A DNA stretch of 63,094 nt from Chiloscyllium plagiosum (Eukaryota), in contig NC_057749.1 of NCBI RefSeq assembly GCF_004010195.1, positions 18,330,488 through 18,393,581 of the forward strand, written 5' to 3'. Below are positions 10,536 through 22,299 of this stretch, piece after piece. Each line of letters starts with the position of its first letter. Positions within the stretch are counted from its first letter, which is position 1. Under the pieces are notes generated by a model, which saw only the letters and a list, made by a program, of their open reading frames with translations, made no database searches and had not been told where the DNA came from. The position numbers and the translations under genes are program-made.

Positions 10536-11830
10536 AAACAGAGAGTCTTGGTGACCAGATTAACCTAAAGAAATCTACTCCTGTCGTCCTGTCAGCCGTT
10601 GAAATTTCCTTTCTCATTCCTTCCTTACCCAAGGTGGTTACCAGTGCGAAAGCAGTTACACATTGAACTACACTAATTTGTGTCTGCCTATTTCAACATT
10701 CTTTGAATTCTTGAAGTCTGTTACTCTGTTCACTATTTATGACATTATCAAGTTTTATACAATCCAGAAACTTCTAAATTGTACTGCCTAAACAATTCAG
10801 TCAATTATAAACAACAATCGATGGTCCTAAAATCAAACCCTCGGGTGCCTTCATTCAGGTTAATCAAAGTTATTTTTCTTTAACAAATTGATACTTGGCT
10901 AATGTGAGAGCTGTCAGGAAAAGTATTTCAAAAGTCTGGAACAGCAAGGAAACAATAAAGTGTTTCCTGTGCTTTAGCAATTGAAGAGGCAGTTTCAGTT
11001 CCGATTTAAATTTCAAATATTCATGAGAAACAAATACTGAATATTTTAAAAATGTCCTCCAAATGAAACTTACCAAATAAAACAGTTGAAATTATGGTGG
11101 CAATTTTGGTAGAGATCAGTTTGCAATATGAAGGGGGTCAGTGAGGTCTTAACAATAATTAACAGAATTTAAGCAAGTTCTAATATTCTCTAAAATCTTA
11201 ACAAAACATCAAACTCAAAGTGCACTCTTTTTGTGAACACTCTGCATTAAAAACACAGCAGTAGTAAAGATATTTTAATCTAATACTCTCATCTGGCTAA
11301 AGCATGACCACTGACCCAACGGTTTGTTGTGTAAACAGGCGGTGTAGAATCTGAAACAAATCAGGGGCTCAAGGCACTGAATCAATTTGTTTTAAGGTTA
11401 CAAGTTTGATAATTTTGAAAGGACATAATGTACAATTACAATGTAAAAACAAAATCTGCCCCATGCCATAGCCCACAAAATACAGTGAATAGAGATCCTA
11501 ATTCAAGGTAAAACAGTTACTTAAAAGGATTTTTTGAACCAGGATTTTAACAAACCAAAATTTTTAAACATCACTCTCAGCATGGCACAATTTACATTGA
11601 AACTTTTCCTTTTCAGCCCAAGTATTAGTATAACCTTAGTTTCAGCATTTCTTGGTTTTTCGCATCCTCTGGTTGAAATTACACTTATAACAAGAGAAAG
11701 CCCTTCGCAGCAGACCACATGGCGCTGCAGTCCAAGCCACTGTCTTCCCCAGAACAAAAATTCGCAGAGCTTCCACTTTCGCCACTTTAACCCCTTTCTC
11801 ACTTTGCTGGAACCCCACTTAAACACAGAA

Positions 11831-12035
11831 AGCTCAAACCTCAGCACAGTGCGGAGGACTTGAACCTCAAATCAACCCACCCAGCAGACTCAAACTCCAG
11901 TATCGTGCAGAGGACTTGAACCTCAATTACACCCACCTCAGGGGGCTCAAACCCCAGTACTGTGCAGGAGACTTGAACTTCAACCCAAATCCACCCCAGC
12001 GGCCCCCCCAATGCAGTGCAGAGGACTTGAACCTT
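11831..12035 (-). repeat. Tandem repeat (54-57 nt period, about 3.5 units) of tRNA T-arm/B-box-like hairpins in the LTR-element leader
   Basis: GAGGACTTGAACCTC-like motif at 11854, 11910, 11967 and 12021, alternating with a GCTCAAACC-like motif at 11831, 11887 and 11941. Confidence 0.85.
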
Positions 12036-12254
12036 TGCCAGCCAGCGTGTTTGCAAAACTGTGTCTCATGACTTAACTAATTACTGTTTGAGGAATCCAA
12101 AGAATAGAGAGCGATTGACCAAGGAACAGTGTCTGGCATACAGGAATAGCGAGAGGGACCAAGGTTTAAAATCTTACCTTGTGGGCCCGTCCGTCTGGAG
12201 ACACCAATGTTCTGGGTGGCCGCTGACACTGTCTGATCGTAACTATCCATTTGG

Positions 12255-12272
12255 ATCTTGCTGACTACACCA
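12255..12272 (-). promoter_or_regulatory. Primer-binding site complementary to tRNA-Ser
   Basis: Minus strand TGGTGTAGTCAGCAAGAT versus TGGCGTAGTCGGCAGGAT (complement of the vertebrate tRNA-Ser AGA/TGA 3' end): 15/18, all transitions. Lies 1 nt from an LTR end. Confidence 0.8.
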
Positions 12273-12273
12273 A

Positions 12274-12368
12274 TATTGTCATCCTGTTCTCCCATTCCCC
12301 CCACCCCATCTTAATTCCAGGCCCTGGAGGGAGAGAGAACGATTGGTCTTCTCTGGAGCAGCAGTTTC
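12274..12368 (-). mobile_element. Partial 5' LTR (R/U5), same family as 6484-7324, truncated by the adjacent CR1
   Basis: atcttaattccaggccctggagggagagagaacgat...ggtcttctctggagcagcagtttc matches 6549-6637 with an internal deletion. Abuts the PBS. Confidence 0.75.
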
Positions 12369-13160
12369 ACAACATCCTTTCTATAGGAGGGAGTCCAGAA
12401 TTGAAGCCAATATTCCAATAGTGGCCTAACCAATATCCTGTACAGCAGCAGCATGACCTAACTCCTATACTCAGTCACTGACCAATAAAGGCAAGCAAAC
12501 CAAATGCTTTTCCTATCCTGCCTACCTGAGACTCCACTTTCAAGGAGCTCTGAAACCTGCACTGCAAGGTCACCTTGTTCAGCAATATTCCCCAGGACCT
12601 TACCATTGAGTGTATAAATCTTGCCCTGAGCTGCCTTTCCAAAATGCAGTACCTCACATTTATCTAAATTAAACTCTACCTGCTACTCCTCAGCCCATTG
12701 GCCCATGTGATAAGATCCCATTGTACTTTGAGGTAACCTCCTTCGCTGTCCACTACACCTTCAATTTTGGTGTCATCAGAAAACTTACTAACCATACCTC
12801 CTATGTTCACATCTAAATCATTTATGTCAATGGCAAAAAAACAGTGGACCCAGCACCGATCCTTGTGACACACCACTGACACAGGCCTCCAGTCTGGAAA
12901 GCAACCCTCCATCACCACCCTCTATGTTCTTCCTTTGAGCCAGTTCTGTATCCAAATGGCTAGTTCTCTCTGTATTCCATGTGATCTAACCTTGTTAACC
13001 AGTCTCCCATGAGGAACCTTGTCGAACTCCTTATTGAAGTCCACATCGATCACATCCATCGCTCTGCCCTTATCAATCCTCTTTGTTACTTAAAAAAAAA
13101 TCAGTCAAGTTATTGAGACATGATTTCCCACACACTAAATCATGTTGACTGTCCTGAATT
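12369..13160 (-). mobile_element. CR1/HER1 LINE RT fragment
   Basis: INDLDVNIGGMVSKFSDDTKIEGVVDSE on the minus strand. Confidence 0.9.
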
Positions 13161-13740
13161 ATTCTGGTCGAGGGATTGCTAGTGTTGAAGAGATGGGGAA
13201 GACTTGGACATGCTGGCTGAGTGGGTAATGAAATGACATATAGGATACAATGTGGGAAAGTGTGAAGTTATGCACTTTGGTAGGAAGAGTGGAGGCATAG
13301 ACTATTTTGTAAGCGGGGAAAGACTTTGGAAATCTAAAGCACAAAAGGATTTGAAGTAGAGGGGGGTGATCTCATCAAAACCAACAGAATACCAAGGTGC
13401 CTGTACAGAGTGGACATGGAGAGGATATTATTACTCATCAGAGAGACTAAGATCCAGGGGCACAGCCTCAGAGTGAAACAGTGACCCTTTAGAACTGAGA
13501 TGAGGAGGAATTTCTTCAGCCGGAGGATAGTTAATCTGTGGAATGCATCACTGCAGTAGGCTGTGCAGGCCAAATCATTTAGTGTATTTAAGGCAGAGAT
13601 CAGTAGGCTCTCCATTAGATTGAATTACGGAGAAGAAGGTAAAGCAGGAGAATGATGTTGAAATGTCTTCAGTCATGATTGAATGGTGGAGCAGACTTGA
13701 AGGGCCGAATCACCTAATTTTGCTCCTTTATCTTTTGGTC
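13161..13740 (+). mobile_element. CR1 LINE 3' fragments
   Basis: aatgtgggaaagtgtgaagttatgcactttgg and ggggtgatctcatc...gatgaggaggaatttcttcagcc...gggccgaat tail. Confidence 0.8.
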
Positions 13741-14156
13741 AAAATGGGGTTAGGTTAGGTATTTGAATAAATTGTCTCTGAAAGTTAGATGTTACTTGAC
13801 TGACTTGCATAAAGTGTCAAGATTGTTATCATGGATGATTAACTTGTTTGGTCATTTCTGCCACTCCAATTCATGTCATCTGCTGTGAATTATTTCCGTT
13901 TGAAAGTATTTTATGGTTTAGATTGGAAATTGTTTTTAGCTCTGCCATTATTATTGCATGTCACAAGTTGGTTTGATGTAAAAATCTTTTGGTTCATTTT
14001 GTATGTTACTGGGCATTTGTCTATCCCTAGTTGCCGTTTGCAGTGTTAATTCTATAGTACTGTACCTGTAATTGCTTTCACAGTTGACTGATTGACAGAA
14101 CATTATTTAACTCTGTCGTGTGAACCAGAGGCATGTGTAGGTTAGAGAGGTGTAGC

Positions 14157-14387
14157 AAAAACAGAAGTTGCTGGAACGCTCAGCAGGTTTGGTAGCATTT
14201 ACGAAGAGAAATCAAAGTGAATGTTTTGGTCCAGTGGCCTTTTCTCAGTGTTCTGAGGAAGGGTCACCGGACATGAAATGTTAACTTTGGTTTCTCTTCA
14301 TTGATGCTGCCAAACCTGCTGAGCGTTTCCAGCAAATTCTGCTTTTGTTTCAGGTTGACAGCATCAGCAGTTCTTTGGGTTTTTATC
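14157..14387 (+). mobile_element. Fold-back PLE-derived element with a degenerate hammerhead-like core
   Basis: Two inverted arms meeting near 14250. ctgaggaagggtcaccggacatgaaatgtt core. cagcatc-gcag tail as in related copies. Confidence 0.7.
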
Positions 14388-15000
14388 GAGAGAAGTGTTG
14401 ATGTGACCCTGATGTTTCACCGTAGTATCCAGCCATTTCTTGAGAGTCCAATGTCCAGACATAACCGTGTCCTCCGAGACTTCCCTCTTTGTAAAGCAAT
14501 CTCTTCATTCCTACACTTCATCTTCCTCATGTCCTATGACCAAAATTAGTATTATTTTTTCCAGAAAGAGACTGACTAGACTGCATGATAATTTAAATAG
14601 AACTGATAATGTGCTTTGATCAATGCTCTGTTGCATTTATCCATATCAGATCCACAGACTCACTTTGGTGTCTACTCTTAAATTACTGTTCCGCACAAAT
14701 GGCAATTTTAACACCTACTAACAAGCACCATGTTTGGTTTTGTTTCGGCTATTCCTATTCTACATTTTCCCTTGATAATCACTCACTATCGGATTTTAGT
14801 GCTATGTCTTATCTGGGCTTTTGGAATATTTGGTACCATACACCTTATAAATTGAGTGTAATCAGCTTATGTCTAAATCTTTATCAGGTTACTTTACTAT
14901 TTATGCTGCAGTTTCTTTTCTGTTCAGAGCTCATTGGATTAAATTATAATTGAAGTATAAAATGCTCCAACCCTTCACATTAGGGGATGTAGAGGGGTTG

Positions 15001-15180
15001 AAAATGTGTTGCTGGAAAAGCGCAGCAGGTCAGGCAGCATCCAAGGAACAGGAGAATCGACGTTTCGGGCATAAGCCCTTCTTCTCCCCTGCTCCTTGGA
15101 TGCTGCCTGACCTGCTGCGCTTTTCCAGCAACACATTTTCAGCTCTGATCTCCAGCATCTGCAGTCCTCACTTTCTTCTC
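15001..15180 (+). mobile_element. Fold-back PLE-derived element
   Basis: Perfect 15-bp TSD GATGTAGAGGGGTTG (14986-15000 and 15181-15195). Inverted arms at about 15001-15052 and 15088-15139. Confidence 0.9.
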
Positions 15181-15195
15181 GATGTAGAGGGGTTG

Positions 15196-15760
15196 CCTTG
15201 GCATAGTGGCAATTTGACGAGACTAGCAATTCAGAACCCCAGGGCAATGTTCTGAGGATATGTGTTCAAGTGCCATCATGGTAACATTTTAATTGAAGAA
15301 AAATATCTGGAATGAAGAGAATAGGTGACCATGTGACCACAATCAATTGCTGTAAAAGGCCCACCTAGTTCACTCATGTCCTTTTGAGAAGGAAATCTGC
15401 TGCCTTTGCCTATCTGTGACCAATGTCTAGATTAGAGTGGTGCTGGAAAAGCACAGCAGGTCAGGCAGCATCCGAGGAGCAGGAGAATCGATGTTTTGGG
15501 CAAAAGTCCTTCATCAGGAGTGGAGCTGTGACCACTGTTAGCTGCTCCGATGTTCCACACAGGGCCGGTACCTGAATCAGGCCAGTGACTTCTGGTTCCA
15601 GACAATTGTTCTGTGCATGGGCCTCCGAGGCCTGCGCAGCCAGTAAGAAAATTAGAGGGAATGCTGCATGTGATTCCAGACTTTTAGCGACTCTTAAATG
15701 ATCTCTGGGCTATTAGGAATGGGCAATAATTGCCTATAATGCCCACATCTCCTAAAGGAC
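15196..15760 (+). mobile_element. tRNA-derived SINE with RTE-X-like tail, interrupted by insertions at about 15423-15665
   Basis: Same family motifs as 3862-4098. gggcaataattgcc...gcccacatc tail. Confidence 0.55.
15423..15525 (-). mobile_element. Single-arm PLE pseudo-LTR fragment with a decayed hammerhead-like core
   Basis: Minus strand cctgatgaaggacttttgcccaaaacatcg. 9-bp flanking direct repeat CTGTGACCA (15414-15422 and 15526-15534). Confidence 0.75.
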
Positions 15761-15784
15761 CTTGAAAACAAATATGTCACAGGC

Positions 15785-16110
15785 AGGGCCAGCACTTATT
15801 GCCCACCCTGAATTGGACTTGAACTGAATGTCTTGCTAGATTACATCAGAGGGTAATTAGGAGTCAACCACATTGCTGAGAGTTTGGAGTCAGGTAGACC
15901 AAATTGGTTGAGGATGGCAGATATCCTTTCCTAAAGAGCATTAGTGGATCAGATGGGTTTTCAATGATAATTCATAGCTTAATAGTACCATCACTGAGAC
16001 TAGCATTTGATTCGAGAATGGAATTTAAATTCCATCGACTGCCATGGCAACGTATGAGCCTCTGTGTCTAGAGGTTCAGGTTTGGCAGATGGGATTAGAG
16101 TAAGTATATG
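15785..16110 (-). mobile_element. tRNA-derived SINE with RTE-X-like tail
   Basis: gccagcacttattgccca...gagtcaaccacattgctg...ggatggcagatatcctttcctaaag is the reverse complement of the family consensus. Confidence 0.65.
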
Positions 16111-16134
16111 CTCGATGAAGGTTGAGGGGGCAAG

Positions 16135-16642
16135 GATTGGAAAGATGTTGTGAAACTTGAAAGGGTTCAGAAAAGATGTACAAGGATGTTGCCAGGCTTG
16201 CAGGGTTTGAGCTATAGGGAGAGATTGAATAGGCTGGGGCTGTTTTCCCTGGAATTTCGGAGACTGAGGGGTGACCTTATAGAGGTTTACAAAATCATAA
16301 GGGGCATGGATAGGGTAAATAGACAAAGTCTTCCCTGGGGTCAGGGAGTCCAGAGCTAGAGGGCATAGGTTTAGGGTGAGAAGGGAAGGATATAGAAGAG
16401 ACCTAAGGGGCAACTTTTTCACGCAGAGGGTGGTACGTGTATGGAATGAGCTGCCAGAGGAAGTGGTGGAGGCGAGTATAATTGCAACATTTAAAGGCAT
16501 TTGGATGGGTATATGAATAGGAAGTGTTTGGAGGGATATAGGCCGGGTGCTGGCAGGTGGGTCTAGGTTATGTTGGGATATCTGGTCGGCATGGACGGGT
16601 TGGACTGAAGGATATGTTTCCATGCTATACATCTCTATGACC
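16135..16642 (+). mobile_element. CR1/HER1 LINE 3' end
   Basis: KLERVQKRCTRMLPGLQGLSYRERLNRLGLFSLEFRRLRGDLIEVYKI plus the HER1-type tail (ggactgaagg...gtttccatgct...ctctatgac). Confidence 0.92.
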
Positions 16643-18261
16643 AGTGACAATACCAATACATCACCATCTCCCCCAGACTGACTCCAGTTTGAACTACCTC
16701 TGCCTCATTGTTCACAAAATCAGACTGACTGCTATGGTCTCGAGTCCGAATGTTCCTCATTCTAGAACTTCAAATAATTTGGCTGTACCATCTTTGAGTT
16801 TTGAAGTTGGTGGTGTATTGTTGGTGGACAGTCATTACTCTGAGGCATTCACTGCCAGGACAGTGTTACTGCTGTCCAAGCCAACATTCCTCCCTCAATG
16901 GTCATTGCTGATAATAGAGTCCAAGAAACCCTGAGTGAAAAATAGAACGCAGCCCATCCTTGCCAGAGACCCTCCGTATTGCAATGCTGTTTGTCTGAGA
17001 ATCCTACCAAGGACCAAAATACTAAATGGAATGGATTTGCTCACCTCTTAATTCAACTACGTATATACAACAAAAGTACTATTTTCTCTGGGAGACTAAG
17101 ATGATTTATCTCAGGACAACCTCTTTCCAAATCCAGGTGCTTTCTAGCTTGTATATTTACCCAAGTGTGACCAACCTACATTTGTAGCTATAGTTGCCCA
17201 TGTTGTTTCTCCCCATTCTTTTGCTCTTTGCTGAATTCTGTTTGGCAGGTGCCATAGCTTCCTGGTATCTGGCTCTGTTGCCATTTCCTCAGTATGGATA
17301 GCTGAATGGTGATTGAGAGGAAAGATCTGTTCAATTTATCCCTCCTGCCTCCAAATATTCTGACATACAGCCTTTCTATTGGGGCACATCTTTAGCATTC
17401 AGACTTCTGGCTGTTCTGTAGTTCTGGATACCAGCCAGCACCTCCCTGCTGAGATTATCTAATTCAGCCTTTGTTCATTTTCCTTTCATCAGACACCATT
17501 CTGGATCTTCTGTTATCTAGACGTAGCTTTTGTCTGTTTAACTATTGGCACTGCTCTAATTCCTTATTTTGTCCAAGCGTTTGATTGGATCAGTTTTAGT
17601 TGAAGTATGACTAGACATGCAGCCAGCTTTGTAAACTTGAGCCAGGTTTATGCTTAGTGTGGTTTCCAAACCTGCCAGTGGTTTGAATCAGTCAAAGCAT
17701 TATGGGTGTCCTTTCTGTGACATTTGACCCTGCTAGGTCACTGAGTTTTTGGAAACCTTTCATGTTCCTTGAGTTAATTGGATATCAGCTGCTGCAATTG
17801 AAAACAGTGGCAATGCCAAATTTAAGCCTTCAGCTACTTTGCCCCTCTAATCTAGTCAGCTATTCAGTTAGATTACAGCTGATCCCCTATTCTCTATCTC
17901 ACTTCCAATTCTATCCCACTGTCCCTTAATTTTCTTAGTTTCTCTTTTGATATTACTTCCAACGCAATCAATAAAGAGGAAATATTGTCTTTCCTAATTT
18001 TAGTACTAAATAGCCATCCCTTTTATTCCAGAAATGTGATGGCTAGTTCTAGCCTCTCCATTCGAGGGTAACATCCAACACCTAATTAATCAAGTCTGTT
18101 AAAAATGTTACACATTGCAATGAGATCACCTCTCTTCCAAACACCAAGAAGCGTAGCCCTGGATGTGACAAATCCCTCAATCCAGTAGCCAGTCTGTGAA
18201 ATTTGCACAGCAATATATCCTTCCTCAAGTGAGATAAGTGGTGAAGAGGAAGGTACTTTTG

Positions 18262-19253
18262 AGATGCCTATGCTGCAGCACTCGCTGCTGGGTTATTGGT
18301 TTCCAAGATGGCGACGGAGCACCAGGGCTGATTGTGGGTTCTTGCCCGGGGCTCGTTCATCCTGTCTGCTTTCTTTTCCCTTTTTACTTCTCTTTTTCTT
18401 TCATTTATCTTTGGCAGGTTAGTTGGTGGTATCGGTGTGGTAGCGAGAATGGGACAAGTGTGGAATGGCATCAATCTCCTGGCTGTTGGAGGCAGCTGCG
18501 GCAGACGCAACTCCTCCCAGTGATTGGAAGCAGCAGCAGCAGCAGCAAGGGTGTCCTGTCAGCCTTTGGGGGCAGTGGCAGCAAAGCTTCTCTAGCGATT
18601 GGAGACAGTGAACTCCTAAAGGTGGCGCCAGCAAGGTGACATCTCAGAGCAGGGTGGCCAGAGCAGGACTCTTGGCACAGTGGCCTGGCCTGGCAGCAGA
18701 GCCAGGTACACCTGGTTACAGCAGGTCAGAGTAGGGACTCTTGGCATTGGCGAAGCGGCGGCTGCAGCAGCAATGGCAGCATGTTATGCCTGGAGCGGGG
18801 ACTCCTGGTGTCATGAAGAAGGCAGCGGAGCCAGGGGCTCCTGGTTGGGTTTTTGGTAGGCCCGGAGTGGGGACTCCTGGTTATCGGCGAGGTGTTGTTG
18901 CAATCAGGAGTCCCTCGCTCTGCTGCTGGGAAAGTGTAGGTTCAGCATAGGACTGGGCATCAAAGAGGTGGGCCCAAAGGTGAGGGGATGGTGCCTAAAG
19001 GTTGGTGACTCTTACGTTGGTGGGTCTGGCAAAGCAGTGGAGGAGGGGTGGTGGCGTAGGTGTCACTGGTGAGCCTGCTCAGGGACTCGCAGGCGTCTAA
19101 CAAAGATGTAGACCGTTTCAATTTTTTTTACTTTTTATTCTTAAACTATTCAAAATGGTGCTGCATAGTGGCAACAGTTGAAACTTTCCTTGTATTTTGC
19201 TGTAATGTTCACTGTAAAATGCAAGTGACAAAATAAATTGTTCAATTCAGTTC
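18262..19253 (+). mobile_element. Putative non-autonomous element: YY1-motif head, GC-rich internal repeats, Rex1-like 3' tail
   Basis: CAAGATGGCG at 18304-18313. Repeated GGACTC(C/T)TGG motifs at 18666-18880. actgta...gtgacaaaataaa tail like the Rex1 ends at about 8030 and 42320. Confidence 0.5.
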
Positions 19254-19779
19254 TTGTCAGTCAGGTGAGAATTGCTTCATAATTCTGGCAGTGAAGCCAG
19301 AGCCCTGTTATTTACCAGTGTGAGGTCAGATGTTTCTCGAGTGACAGATCATTAGATTTTCTCATTATCTGGTAGTGTTGCCACTGCCTTCATGTTGAGA
19401 ATAACCTCCCATGTTCCCTTGCAGGAATCTCCTGGAGTCTGCAGGATTTGAGAGTTCTCCAATAAGAAACCCCAAGAAGAAAATCAGGGCATAAAACCAA
19501 GCTTTCTCTATTTTCATTGCAAACATTTAGTTTATTAGTAATAAAAATAATGCAGATAGGGTACATGGCTATCCTTGTAGTGTCAGTCAAGATGAGTTCC
19601 TTCGGAAAGTGAAGAGCCTGTTCCATTTTTTTACACTTAGCATTGAATAGGGTAGTAATACTGTGACCATTTGCCACTCTCGTTGAACGTGAGATCATTG
19701 GCAAGACGCACATCGGTCAGAGGCAATTAAGAATGAACTACATTTTCAATAGACTAAATATCTATCCATCTTAACAGAT

Positions 19780-20545
19780 GCTGTGGCTCATGCTGTGGGG
19801 ACATGGTTTCAAATCCCACTGCAGCGAGGGAATTTAACTTCCTTCAATAAAATCTGCACTAAAAAGCTCAACCTCTTAATGGTGACCATGAAATCATTTT
19901 TACTTATAAAAACCCATCTGATTCACTATTCTCCATCAGGGAAGGAACTTTGCCACCTTTATCTGATCTGGTGTACATGTGACTCAAGACCCACAGCAAT
20001 ATAATTAATTATTAAATGGTGTTTGAAATGAGTTAGCAAGACACTGTTATATCAAACTGCTACCAAGTCTAAACAAAGCAATGAAGCTAGATGGAACACC
20101 TGGCATTAGAATAAGCATAGGGAAAGACTGTGACAGAGCCAGGCTGGTTGGCACTGCAGTCCTCCTCAATAATGTCAGGAGGCATCTGCCAAAATTGGGA
20201 GAGCTGGTCTACCAACTAGTTCAGCAAATATGATTGAGAATAAGGCTGATCTATCTCTGGGTATATTCCACTTGATCTCATTGTTACCAGTCTACCTGTT
20301 GCAGATGCATTTGTCCATGACAGTATAGGAAGGAGTCACTACTGCACAGGCCTTGATGAGACCAAGTCCCATTTTCACATTGAGAATGACACTACCACCA
20401 TACTGAATGGGATGGTCTTTAATCAGATCTAACAACTCAAGATGGGCATCCATGCAATGCTGTGGGCCATCAGCCACAGCAGAATTGTACTCCACCATAT
20501 CTGTAACCTCATGGCCCAGCATATTCCTCACTGCGCCATTAAGCC
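19780..20545 (+). mobile_element. SINE-like head continuing into RTE-X-like LINE fragments
   Basis: ggacatggtttcaaatcccac head, then ctgccaaaattgggagagctgg and gcagaattgtactccaccatatctgtaacctcatggcc. Confidence 0.5.
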
Positions 20546-20579
20546 TGAACTGATAACTGCTTTAGACCAAACGTGGGCG

Positions 20580-21123
20580 TAAAACAAAATTTATAGCAAA
20601 AGATTACAGTAATACAATGACATGTTGAACAATCCTGGATTGTTACGTCTTTCATCTTTTAGAATGAATTGGCAGGTTCTGCATTTTTTTAAAGCAAAAT
20701 AGAATGTACCTGCAAGTACAAATTCACCACATAAACTTATGTGTGCAGGAGAGAGAGACAGAATGAGTGTCCGTGAGAGTGTGTGTGCGTGTGTGTGCGT
20801 GTGCGCGTGCACAAAGGCTTGGTAAGAGTGCCTGTGTGTGTGTGAGAGAGAGAGAGTGATGGAGTATAAGCCTGTGAGAGGGTACGTGTGTGGGTGAGAG
20901 TGTGGGAGGTGTATGTGTTTGAGTATAAGATGGGGTCTGCGTAAATGTGTGTGAAGAGAGTGTATCATGCAATGGGGTCACCTGTCGTGTGACATGAACC
21001 CAAGGTCCCGGTTGAGGCCATCCCCACGGGTACCGAACTTGGCTATCAGCCTCTGCTTGGCCACTTTGTGTTGTTGCCTGTCCCAAGGTCCACCTTGGAG
21101 GATGGTCACCCGAAGGTCTGAGA
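20580..21123 (-). mobile_element. Penelope-like (Neptune-type) GIY-YIG C-terminus plus low-complexity 3' region
   Basis: Minus strand SDLRVTILQGGPWDRQQHKVAKQRLIAKFGTRGDGLNRDLGFMSH, followed by (CA/CT)n at 20745-20960. Confidence 0.8.
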
Positions 21124-21129
21124 GTTTTC

Positions 21130-22250
21130 TGTGGGGCAGGACCATGCAGAAACAAAGGGTGTGCTGGGCAGTCCTTTGTGTGGGTTTTGGGATGGAGGAA
21201 GAAGCAGGGTGTGAGAGGTTTGGGAACTGTGAGCTTGCAGACAGTGGGGAAGTCAGGGTGTGGGCTGGAAATCACCAGATGGAATAAGGCTAGTGACCAT
21301 TGTGGAAGCAACAACTTGGTGATCAGTTCAGGGGGAGGTAAGAGAAGGTGTCGGAGAGCTGGTGCTCAGCCCCCACAATTTAGAGGTCAGACAACCCTTG
21401 TCAGCCGGCTTGATTACGAAGTCAGGGTTAGATATGAGAGCATGGCGTGCAGTTAGTTCAGAGGGAGATAGGTTTGAATGGATAAGACGACTGGGAAATT
21501 ATGGCGACTGATATCACGTTGACAGTTCTTGATGAAAGGGTCGATTGCAGGTAAAAAGGCCAGAGAGGAGTATCCAGGTGGAGGGGAAGAGCATTGGAAG
21601 CAGGTGACGTGGTCAGTAAGATGGGGAGAGGACTCTTGTCCATAGAAATGATCACAGAGGCAAATGCCACAGAAGAAGCATTCACCATCATGTCATGCCT
21701 GAAACTCATGGAGGTGAGTGCATAAAGTAATAAAACTAAGACTTTTGCTGAGTACAGAACATTCAGCATCAGAATGGAAGATCAAGAAGAGAGGATGGAG
21801 TCAGAGAAGAGGGAAGGGGTGGGGAGAAATCTTCCAGAGAGCTATGGGTGTCTCTGTGGTGCTGCATCTTGATGTCTGAAAGGAAAAGAGAGTGTTTTGT
21901 TAACATGTCGAATAAGTAGGAAGTTGGAGTGGAACTGGGTGGGAGTGTAGGGCATCTTTGAGCCAGTTTGAGGCAGTGCTGATGGAGAAAGAGGTAGAGA
22001 GTGTGTATATAGCGAAGCATGGCATTGAGTGTGGATCTCAGGATGTGGCAAGAACAGCTATCTGTGAAGTGTCGTAGATCACAGAGCCACATGTGATCCA
22101 AGGTGGATTCAAATCACAAAGGATGATACTTCATTTGGAATCCATGTTGGGTGAGTCTGACCTGGAGGCAGTCACTGAGCAATGTCACGTGGCAGTGGAA
22201 GCGGGTTTTGGCAAATAACTTGAAGTGTCAAGAGCAATAATGAAGGACAT
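21130..22250 (-). mobile_element. Highly degenerate L2-like LINE fragment
   Basis: Purine-rich plus strand typical of an antisense L2 ORF2. No intact ORF. Confidence 0.35.
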
Positions 22251-22299
22251 CATGTTCTGATCAGAGAGCAACAGGAGATGCTGCACCAGTGCCCAGACA

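Noticed and set aside
11831..12035. CRISPR-like appearance of the repeat-spacer pattern
   Set aside because: Vertebrate DNA, no cas genes, and the spacers resemble each other. It is a degenerate tandem repeat.
16000..16656. 218-aa minus-strand ORF
   Set aside because: Antisense reading of a CR1 3' end.
20591..21314. His/Thr-rich 125-aa and 196-aa ORFs
   Set aside because: Produced by (CA)n low-complexity sequence and off-frame PLE sequence.
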